Source: Parcubacteria group bacterium (GTDB lineage Bacteria; Patescibacteriota; Minisyncoccia; Phycocordibacterales; Phycocordibacteraceae). Taken from it: DNA of 33,975 nt. The stretch lies in NCBI GenBank assembly GCA_028286505.1, contig JAQBRK010000024.1, positions 1 to 33,975 of the forward strand. Direction: 5' to 3'. Both the position numbers and the translations under genes were made by a program. Every line of letters begins with the position of its first letter. Within the stretch, counting starts at the first letter, position 1. Of this stretch, positions 23,513-30,541 are shown one piece after another. The notes beneath the pieces were generated by a model. The model worked only from the letters and a program-made list of their open reading frames with translations, had not been told where the DNA came from and ran no database searches.

Positions 23513-24319
23513 TCACGCACAGTCAAGGATAAGAGGTCGATGGTCGGAGACTTCCGGTTCATTGGGAACGAGAAAGTCGTTGACCCTCACCCCGCCGGTT
23601 ACAAGCAGGTAATCGGCGTAACGCGATTTGCCGGGCTTGTCGTAGAGAGAGGTTCGGGTATCGCGTACGTCGTACTCCCGAATAAGGTCTCGCCATCCGC
23701 GCAGCCGCAATATTTCGAGCATCGCGTTCTCGGGAAGCACATTCAGGTCTCCGCACAGAACGGCCGGTTCTCCCGTACGTACCGAACGATCGAGGAGGTC
23801 GAATAGGCCGAGGGCCTGCTGGGAACGTTCAAGCGTGTCGCCCTTACCCGTTTTTTGCCAAAGTCCGTGCAAATGCGTGACTACGAGCGTGGACCCGTCA
23901 GAGCGTGCGAGACGTACCGAGTGTGCGTTCCGGGGTAGGGGCGGCTCACCGAAAGGTTTGCCGGTGTAGTTCCGAAACACGAAATCCGAATGGTGAGCGA
24001 GGATGGGAATGGTCGAACGCACGAACGTTGCTATGCCGTAGTAGGCCGGTATCAGGGTGGTGACCCCGTCGTTCAAGTGATACTTCGCGAAGGGATGGAA
24101 GAATCCTTCGTGTCCGGGCAGCACCGCCTTGATATCGTCGAACAAGTCGAGTCGGGGAAGAGAGCCGTCATCATCGGTGGCCTGAGCACCCGGTGAGTCC
24201 GGCGCCCGGAACATTTCCGAGAGGCAATAGACATCGGCGTCTTGATGACGCAGATATTCGAGAAGGCGGGGAATGCGGCCACCGTAGGTATTGAGTGACA
24301 AGATACGCATGACCGGCAT
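23513..24319 (-). CDS. endonuclease/exonuclease/phosphatase (EEP) family protein
   Basis: 268 aa. RILSLNTYGG, DADVYCLSEMF, LVVTHLHG, LCGDLNVLPEN and VSDHRPLILD match the conserved EEP blocks (N, E, H, D.N, SDH). TGA stop. Confidence 0.8.
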   Translation of the reverse strand: MPVMRILSLNTYGGRIPRLLEYLRHQDADVYCLSEMFRAPDSPGAQATDDDGSLPRLDLFDDIKAVLPGHEGFFHPFAKYHLNDGVTTLIPAYYGIATFVRSTIPILAHHSDFVFRNYTGKPFGEPPLPRNAHSVRLARSDGSTLVVTHLHGLWQKTGKGDTLERSQQALGLFDLLDRSVRTGEPAVLCGDLNVLPENAMLEILRLRGWRDLIREYDVRDTRTSLYDKPGKSRYADYLLVTGGVRVNDFLVPNEPEVSDHRPLILDCA

Positions 24320-24429
24320 CCTTTCAGGAACTGGTTGAAACTAGGGCCATAGAAGCACGAATCCCTGTTGACGCAAGGGAATCGCGCATGCCTACCGCAC
24401 GTGTTCGTGATATACTAAAGAGACGAAAT

Positions 24430-26532
24430 ATGGCCAAAACAGACGCTAAAGAGCCTAAAAAAGCCGCCTCAAAGGCGGCAAAATCGAGTAACGAATACGA
24501 CGCTTCGAGCATCACCGTTCTCGAGGGTCTTGAGCCGGTACGTAAGCGTCCCGGCATGTACATCGGTACCACGGGTCCCGACGGACTTCACCACCTGGTA
24601 ACGGAGATTTTCGATAACTCACGCGACGAAGCCATGGGCGGGTTCGCGAACGACATCGAAGTCGCGCTCCTTCCGGACAATTACGTGCGTGTCGTCGATA
24701 ACGGTCGCGGTATTCCGGTCGGCATCCACCCCAAGACCAAGGTCTCGGCACTCGAGACCATCATGACCACGCTTCATGCGGGAGGTAAGTTCGGCGGGGA
24801 CGCTTCGGGGTATAAAGTTTCCGGCGGTCTCCACGGCGTGGGAGCATCCGTGGTGAATGCGCTTTCCGAGCACACGAAAGTTCTCGTGCATAAGGACGGC
24901 AGCGTCCACATGCAGGAATATGAGATTGGCAAGGCAAAAGCGAAGACCAAGATCATTGGCAAAACGACCCATCAGGGTTCGATCGTGATGTTCAAGCCTG
25001 ACGCGACCATCTTCAAGGACGGTATCACCCAGAACTGGGACAAGATAATTTCCCATATGCGCCAGCAGGCGTATCTCGTAAAGGGTACTCGCATTTCCAT
25101 ACTGGATGCACGGAACGCGGAAAAAAAGGATTTGGATAACGTCTGGTACCTCCGTGAACTCGGTCTCGAAGTGCCGTCCATGTCCTTCTTCTTCGAAGGC
25201 GGTCTCCGTTCGCTTATCGGTTTCTATAACAAGCACCAGACGCCGGCCCACAAGAACATTTTCTATGTCGACCAGCCCGACGCTGACGTAGCGGTTGAAG
25301 TCGCCTTCCAGTACACGGATGACATCACGCCGCGTCTCATGGCGTTCGCGAACAATATCTACAATCCCGAGCACGGAACTCACGTAACCGGTTTCAAGAC
25401 CGCGCTGACGCGCACCCTCAATACCTATGGCCGCTCCGCAGGCATCCTGAAGGAAAGCGAAGAGAACTTCACGGGAGACGATGTGCTCGAAGGTATCACC
25501 GCGGTTATCTCGGTGAAGATGCCGGAAATCCAGTTCGAAGGGCAAACGAAAGGGAAGCTCGGTTCGGTTGAGGCGCAGGGAGCGGTAGCGTCCGTATTCG
25601 GCTCGGCTCTTTCAAGCTTCCTCGAGGAGAATCCCGACGACGGCCGTGCCATCGTCAACAAAGTGCTTCTCGCCCTTAAGGCGCGTAAAGCAGCCAAAGC
25701 CGCGAAGGATTCCGTTCTCCGTAAGGGAGCGCTCGAGGGGATGACGCTTCCGGGCAAGCTCGCCGATTGTCAGAGCAAGAGTGCCGAAGAATCCGAGCTC
25801 TTCATTGTGGAGGGAGACTCTGCCGGCGGGTCCGCCAAGATGGGTCGCGACCGCCGTACGCAGGCCATCCTTCCGCTGCGCGGTAAGATCCTCAACATCG
25901 AGCGCGCTCGCCTCGATAAGATGCTCGCGAGCGAACAGATAAAGAATCTCGTTATCGCGCTCGGTACCGCTATCGGCGACATTTTCGATATCACGAAGCT
26001 CCGCTACCACACGGTCATCATCGCAACAGACGCCGACGTGGACGGTGCCCATATTCGTACGCTGTTGCTTACGCTCCTGTACCGCCATTTCCGTCCGGTC
26101 ATCGATGGCGGCTTTATCTATATCGCTCAACCGCCGCTCTACAAGATAAAGCGTGGAAAGGAGGTTCATTATGCTTACTCAGACGAAGAGAAGTTCAGGA
26201 TTCTCGGTAAGGATGCGGAACTGGCCGTGAACGCAGCCGAGGAGGGCGAAGAACCTACCGAGCTGCCGGAGGAGGCAGAAGGGGAGGCACCGGAGATAGT
26301 GGCGAAGCGCGCTGCGAAGATAAGTATCCAGCGTTACAAAGGTCTCGGAGAGATGAACCCGTCCGAGCTTTGGGAAACCACGATGGACCCGGCGAATCGC
26401 GTTTTGAAGCGCATTAGCGTTGACGACGCTGCCGAAGCCGATCGTATCTTCGATATCCTCATGGGTACCGACGTCCCCAGCCGCAAGTCGTTCATCCAGT
26501 CGAACGCGAAGCTCGCGAATCTGGACGTTTAA
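24430..26532 (+). CDS. gyrB: DNA gyrase subunit B
   Basis: ITVLEGLEPVRKRPGMYIG, GGLHGVGASVVNALS, EGDSAGGSAK, PLRGKILNIE and the C-terminal QRYKGLGEMNP are all present. ATG 24430 (MAKTD…) is preferred over the ORF-track start at 24388 because TGaTATACT (24408-24416) lies between them. No gyrA is adjacent. Confidence 0.93.
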   Translation: MAKTDAKEPKKAASKAAKSSNEYDASSITVLEGLEPVRKRPGMYIGTTGPDGLHHLVTEIFDNSRDEAMGGFANDIEVALLPDNYVRVVDNGRGIPVGIHPKTKVSALETIMTTLHAGGKFGGDASGYKVSGGLHGVGASVVNALSEHTKVLVHKDGSVHMQEYEIGKAKAKTKIIGKTTHQGSIVMFKPDATIFKDGITQNWDKIISHMRQQAYLVKGTRISILDARNAEKKDLDNVWYLRELGLEVPSMSFFFEGGLRSLIGFYNKHQTPAHKNIFYVDQPDADVAVEVAFQYTDDITPRLMAFANNIYNPEHGTHVTGFKTALTRTLNTYGRSAGILKESEENFTGDDVLEGITAVISVKMPEIQFEGQTKGKLGSVEAQGAVASVFGSALSSFLEENPDDGRAIVNKVLLALKARKAAKAAKDSVLRKGALEGMTLPGKLADCQSKSAEESELFIVEGDSAGGSAKMGRDRRTQAILPLRGKILNIERARLDKMLASEQIKNLVIALGTAIGDIFDITKLRYHTVIIATDADVDGAHIRTLLLTLLYRHFRPVIDGGFIYIAQPPLYKIKRGKEVHYAYSDEEKFRILGKDAELAVNAAEEGEEPTELPEEAEGEAPEIVAKRAAKISIQRYKGLGEMNPSELWETTMDPANRVLKRISVDDAAEADRIFDILMGTDVPSRKSFIQSNAKLANLDV

Positions 26533-26542
26533 AGCTTCGCTC

Positions 26543-26700
26543 GCATCTGGTTTAGAAAGAGAGCTACGCCTTTCAGGGCTCACGAAGAATATAGTCGTAG
26601 TTAATCGAGAACTACCGCCACGCGAAGACTTGGTCGGCTAGTTCTCTCAACCACTCCTTATTCTTCGGCTGCTTCCAGGAATTCTTTCTAAACCAGATGC
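26543..26700. repeat. ~158 nt extended imperfect hairpin with 17 bp perfect termini (MITE-like or structured RNA) downstream of gyrB
   Basis: Paired segments:
- GCATCTGGTTTAGAAAG (26543-59) with CTTTCTAAACCAGATGC (26684-700)
- CGAAGAATA (26583-91) with TATTCTTCG (26659-67)
- GAGAACTA (26607-14) with TAGTTCTC (26639-46)

The 5' flank AGCTTCGCTCGCATCTG resembles the 5' motif of the hairpin-element family. Confidence 0.6.
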
Positions 26701-26730
26701 TCGCTCCGTTTCTGTACATGTCTGTCGTGA

Positions 26731-26766
26731 ATGAAGAAACCCTCGCTTGCGCGAGGGTTTCTTCAT
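26731..26766 (-). terminator. 16 bp perfect hairpin downstream of the 26822-28105 gene
   Basis: ATGAAGAAACCCTCGC-ttgc-GCGAGGGTTTCTTCAT. There is no clear U tract on either strand. Confidence 0.45.
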
Positions 26767-26821
26767 GAACTCTTCAGTCCCTGGTGCGTATGACTACGCG
26801 TAGGGAACCGCTCGTTTCCAA

Positions 26822-28105
26822 TTAGTTACAGTAGGTGCGGCCGTTCGAGGTGTAGGTACCGAAGCTGCAGTAGTTACCGTTGCTGTCATAACGGCTCGTG
26901 TTGCTTGAGCTCGAATTACAGTAGTAGCGACCGTTCTGGTAGTACGTTCCGTAGGAACAGTAGTTACCGCTCGTGTCGTAAGAAGAAGAGTTGGAATTAT
27001 TGTTCGAGGTACTTGTCTCGCAGTACTTACGATTATTGCTGGTGTACGTTCCGTAGGAACAGTAGTTACCGTTGCTGTCGTATGACGAGGAGTTCGAGTT
27101 GCCATTGCTGCTCGAGCTCGTTTCGCAGTAGGTGCGGTTGCCCGAGGTGTACGTTCCGTAGCTGCAGTAGTTACCATTGCTGTCGTAGGAGCCGTTTCCG
27201 TTAGTGCTCGAAGAGCTGGAATTACAGTAGTAGCGGCTGTTCAGATAGTACGTTCCGTAGGAACAGTAGTTGCCGTTCGAATCGTACGAACCGTTCGAAG
27301 ACGAATTGTTCGACGAATTGCTGCCGTTCAAGTAGATCGAAGCGGTAGCCGTATTGTTGCTTTCGTTCGATTCGTTTACGTTCTGGCGTGAATCCGCAGT
27401 GATGCGAATAGTATCCGAACCACGATTCGAAGAGTCGAAACCGAGGGTGAAGACGATGCTGTCTCCCGGATTAAGGGCACGCTGCGTGTCGGAACGATAG
27501 TCGGCAGAACTGCCGGTCGTCGGAAGCCATGCTTCGAAGTTCCATTGGCCGCTTACGTTGGTGCCACGGTTAGCGATAACGAAACGAACTGCTCCTTGGT
27601 AGCCGCTTGGTACGGTCTGTGCAGCGACGAAGGAATTAGTGTCACCGTTGTTGCGGAGGTAGCCGACCGAAGAGATGGTAGTAACGAGGTCAGAAAGTCC
27701 GGTGTAGTTCTGCGAAGCGGGTACTGCAACTACGTGGTACGTAGGAGTAGGAGACGTGTATACGGGAGCTGGAGCTACCGGTGCAGGTGTTGGAGCCGGC
27801 TGGGTGTACGTAATGACCGGAGTGGTCGTCGCAGCAGGGGAGAGCTGGATGGTGGTCGGTGCGGGTGTGGAGGTTACCGGTACCGTCGGGTTTACGGCCT
27901 CAAGCGTGTTGTCAGTCGAGTCCGACTGCGTCAGCGAAGAGAGGTAGACGTTAGCAGTGGAAAGGTGCGAGAAGGCCTTAGGAATAAAGGTTGCCGCGTA
28001 GATAGCGGTTGCGATTCCGATAAGAATAAGTGCTACAAAGCCCACGACGGCGAGGCCGCCAACGGCTGCCTTTCGGGTCTGGGACTGATTCTGGTTCGTT
28101 TCCAT
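26822..28105 (-). CDS. signal-anchored surface protein: T/P-rich linker, one CARDB-like domain, five C-terminal Cys-containing tandem repeats
   Basis: The TM segment is GGLAVVGFVALILIGIATAIYAATFI. The CARDB-like module ends NVNESNESNN. The C-terminus is 5x YD(S/T)(N/S)GNYCS(Y/F)GTY….R.YC. ATG 28105 (METNQ…) is preferred over GTG 28123 because a TTGACA-N17-TAATAC promoter ends 8 nt upstream of it. Confidence 0.7.
   Translation of the reverse strand: METNQNQSQTRKAAVGGLAVVGFVALILIGIATAIYAATFIPKAFSHLSTANVYLSSLTQSDSTDNTLEAVNPTVPVTSTPAPTTIQLSPAATTTPVITYTQPAPTPAPVAPAPVYTSPTPTYHVVAVPASQNYTGLSDLVTTISSVGYLRNNGDTNSFVAAQTVPSGYQGAVRFVIANRGTNVSGQWNFEAWLPTTGSSADYRSDTQRALNPGDSIVFTLGFDSSNRGSDTIRITADSRQNVNESNESNNTATASIYLNGSNSSNNSSSNGSYDSNGNYCSYGTYYLNSRYYCNSSSSSTNGNGSYDSNGNYCSYGTYTSGNRTYCETSSSSNGNSNSSSYDSNGNYCSYGTYTSNNRKYCETSTSNNNSNSSSYDTSGNYCSYGTYYQNGRYYCNSSSSNTSRYDSNGNYCSFGTYTSNGRTYCN
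26825..27286 (-). repeat. five in-frame tandem repeats (22-35 aa, ~90-105 nt) each with two Cys
   Basis: The nucleotide core acgttccgtaggaacagtagttaccg recurs at intervals of about 100 nt (near 26948, 27047, 27150, 27250, and a diverged copy near 26858). The peptide unit is YDSNGNYCSYGTY(T/Y)…R.YC followed by an S/N-rich linker. Confidence 0.85.
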
Positions 28106-28113
28106 ATGCTGAT

Positions 28114-28142
28114 GTATTACCACACCGTTTATTTTTTGTCAA
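28114..28142 (-). promoter_or_regulatory. putative promoter of the 26822-28105 gene (TTGACA-N17-TAATAC)
   Basis: On the minus strand, TTGACA is at plus-strand 28137-28142, the spacer is 17 nt, and TAATAC is at 28114-28119. The ATG is 8 nt downstream. Confidence 0.5.
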
Positions 28143-28194
28143 TCCTTCCGGTGATTAGGGCAGTCTACGATAACTCCGGCGTCTGTCTAGGGCC

Positions 28195-28223
28195 TTGACA
28201 AAGCGGGCTTTGTAGTGTAATTA
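28195..28223 (+). promoter_or_regulatory. putative promoter of the sortase gene (TTGACA-N17-TAATTA)
   Basis: TTGACA at 28195-28200, a 17 nt spacer, then TAATTA at 28218-28223. The ATG at 28237 is 13 nt downstream. It is divergent from the promoter at 28114-28142. Confidence 0.45.
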
Positions 28224-28236
28224 TATACCAGACCGT

Positions 28237-28899
28237 ATGTCATCGAATCCACATCAGACAGCAAATAAGGGCCCGAAAAACGTCAAGAAACTGACCTTTT
28301 TCGCGCTGGCTCTGGTCGTGTTCGGAGCATCGGTTATGGTGCTTTCGGGGTTCGATGTGCTGCCGGATGCAGAGCTGCACGCTGCGAATCTTGCAGCTCG
28401 GACAGCTCCGGTAACTACGACGCCAAAGACGACTACGCAGTCAACCAGCGGCACGTACCCTGACAAAATAAACATTCCGGCCATTAACCTTACGGCTACG
28501 GTCGCGAACCCGACGACGACGAATGCCGAGATCCTCGATAAGGACCTCCTCTACGGCGCGGTTCGGTATCCAACCTCCGGTACGCTCGGTCAGGCGAACG
28601 CGAACGTGGTCCTTTTCGGCCACTCCAGCTATCTGCCTATCGTTCATAACCAGGCGTACAAGACATTTGACGGAATTCAGAATTTGAAGCATGGTGACCA
28701 GATTCTGGTCAGCGGGGCCGGAACAACCTACGTCTACGAGGTTGAAACCATCGCTCAGGCGAACGCCCAGACCGATGGCATCCCGCTTACCGTCACGGGT
28801 TCCAAGCTCACGCTTGTCACCTGCGACTCGTTCGCTACGAAGTCCGACCGATTCGTGGTCATTGCACATCTTGTTGAGAGTTATCCGAGCGCGAGCTAG
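28237..28899 (+). CDS. sortase family transpeptidase
   Basis: 220 aa with an N-terminal TM anchor (LTFFALALVVFGASVMVLSG). The catalytic His is in VVLFGHSSY, the TL.TC Cys in KLTLVTCDSF, and the downstream Arg in DRFVVIAHL. Confidence 0.8.
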   Translation: MSSNPHQTANKGPKNVKKLTFFALALVVFGASVMVLSGFDVLPDAELHAANLAARTAPVTTTPKTTTQSTSGTYPDKINIPAINLTATVANPTTTNAEILDKDLLYGAVRYPTSGTLGQANANVVLFGHSSYLPIVHNQAYKTFDGIQNLKHGDQILVSGAGTTYVYEVETIAQANAQTDGIPLTVTGSKLTLVTCDSFATKSDRFVVIAHLVESYPSAS

Positions 28900-28926
28900 T
28901 CTCGTGTCCGTATAACTCTCTGCAAT

Positions 28927-28960
28927 CACGCGGGGACAGGAACTCCTGTCTCCCTGCGTG
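28927..28960 (+). terminator. imperfect GC-rich hairpin after the sortase gene
   Basis: CACGC-GGG-GACAGG-aact-CCTGTC-t-CCC-t-GCGTG. No T run follows. Confidence 0.35.
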
Positions 28961-29029
28961 AGCAGAGGGGGCACTTAGTTCCTTTCATAGCCGTCCCTCA
29001 TGGGCCGGCGCACAATGTGGAGGTTACCG

Positions 29030-30451
29030 ATGCGTAAGCATCTTCACGCCGCCCTCGCGCTGCTCGCCCTCGGGGGAGTACTCGCGAATGCGAACATCGC
29101 TACCGCTGCCGAATGGCACTGGTTTGCGCCTGGCACTTGGTTCTCGGATCAGAACCCGAAACAATCGGTCAAGGTTCAGATCGCGAAACCCGCTTCGGTT
29201 GAAACCGCTCCGACCAAACAGACCCCGGCACAGCCGAAGGTCGCTCCGGTCACGGCGAACGCTACGGCCCAGATCGCAGTCGCTCCGGCGATCACGATCG
29301 TCCAGCTTCCGCCGGAACCGTCGAAAGCGGGTCCGGCGAAACCTGAAGCAACTCCGAAGCAAGTCGCGGCACAACCGCAACCTGCTCCGGTCGCTGCCAA
29401 GGTGGCCACGGTCGCGAAGGTCTCGCCCGCTCCGGCGCGCGGGTCTTCCGTGATCAACATCTGGCATAAGCCGGCCATTCATCCTTTCGGCACCACCTAC
29501 ATGGAGGTGACGAAAGAAGAAGTCCGGCTCCATGTCTTCAAGGACTGCTTCGGCCTCACGGGCGAAGCGCTTGAAAAAGCGATGTCGGCAACGGCTGTTC
29601 CGGGCGTCTCTCGTCCCCTCGTGGACGGAGAGATCTTCCAAAAGCAGATGTACGGGCCCGACCCACGGAACAAGACCGAGCGATGCAAGGTCGTTCCGAA
29701 CATCAAGGTGGAATTCGGCAATCACGGGTACAACCGTGAGGCCGAACGTTACGTCATTCACCTCAGCAATGGGTGGACGATGGAACTCACTCATCCGTTC
29801 GGCTGCCACAATTGGTCGCTCACGATGATTCCGCCGGTGCCTCCTGCGCCGAAAACGCCGTGCTACCGGGTTTACACCCGGTACTCGGCCAATCACCATG
29901 TGGTCACCCATGCGGCTCGGGCCGAACAATCGCCTGACCAGTCCTTCCTTCAACCGGAGGCACAGTACGCGTTCGTTCTCGTTCACATCGACGTGACCGA
30001 GGACGAGCGAGCTGAACTGGTCGCGGACCAATGCTTCGGCGTCGGCGACGACACCGGGTTCCACCATGAAAGGCTCCAGTGCGTCGAATTGTGCGCGAAC
30101 GGGGCATACCCGCCGCCCGCAATGATCGACGCGCTCGCTCGTGAGAAGGGCATCCGCCTGCCTCGCGATATGCCTTCCGGCGCCTTCTCGGTGCCGTGCA
30201 AGGACGGCGAGTGCTACATCTCGGTCCCGATGAAGTATGCCGCTCGGTACCAACTGTGGTGCGTGGAAGTAGAGAAATACTACGTCACGCTCTCGCAGTT
30301 CAAGGGATGGACGTCTGGCATGATGTTCGACCAGGTGCAGCGGGAAGAGGTGGAAGCCTCCATCCGACTGAAATCTCTGGTCGACGGCGACTACGTCCTC
30401 ACGGACGAACATCGCGTGGTGCGCGAGCTGAAAGGCGAATCGCACTACTAG
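29030..30451 (+). CDS. secreted hypothetical protein: P/A/K/Q-rich linker plus Cys-rich C-terminal domain; G+C-rich
   Basis: ATG 29030 is preceded by the SD GGAGGT (29019-29024). The signal peptide is MRKHLHAALALLALGGVLANANIATA|AE. A low-complexity PAxPK region of about 100 aa follows, then about 330 aa with at least 10 Cys. I recognised no family. The ORF-track start at 29000 adds 10 aa. Confidence 0.65.
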   Translation: MRKHLHAALALLALGGVLANANIATAAEWHWFAPGTWFSDQNPKQSVKVQIAKPASVETAPTKQTPAQPKVAPVTANATAQIAVAPAITIVQLPPEPSKAGPAKPEATPKQVAAQPQPAPVAAKVATVAKVSPAPARGSSVINIWHKPAIHPFGTTYMEVTKEEVRLHVFKDCFGLTGEALEKAMSATAVPGVSRPLVDGEIFQKQMYGPDPRNKTERCKVVPNIKVEFGNHGYNREAERYVIHLSNGWTMELTHPFGCHNWSLTMIPPVPPAPKTPCYRVYTRYSANHHVVTHAARAEQSPDQSFLQPEAQYAFVLVHIDVTEDERAELVADQCFGVGDDTGFHHERLQCVELCANGAYPPPAMIDALAREKGIRLPRDMPSGAFSVPCKDGECYISVPMKYAARYQLWCVEVEKYYVTLSQFKGWTSGMMFDQVQREEVEASIRLKSLVDGDYVLTDEHRVVRELKGESHY

Positions 30452-30541
30452 GACCACTAACCACTTTGTGTTTGTTTTTACTTCGGGGCGAGGGGATGAC
30501 TTCGGTCATTTCCTCGCCTCCCAATACTTAAAAAAATTACT

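Noticed and set aside
22152-24319. TGA reassignment (genetic code 4 or 25), as seen in some CPR lineages
   Set aside because: All long ORFs are intact under the standard code. The three TGA codons noted act as genuine stops: terminators or a convergent gene follow directly.
26825-27286. Possible CRISPR array (regular ~100 nt periodicity); also considered for 30806-32746
   Set aside because: The repeats are in-frame coding units with degenerate, not identical, cores and no unique constant-length spacers. There is no leader and no cas genes.
29024-30457. 477 aa antisense ORF covering the whole 29030-30451 gene
   Set aside because: Its translation is Arg/His/Gly-rich low-complexity sequence with no start context. 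The sense frame has an SD, a signal peptide and a balanced composition. The open antisense frame is a by-product of high G+C and codon bias.
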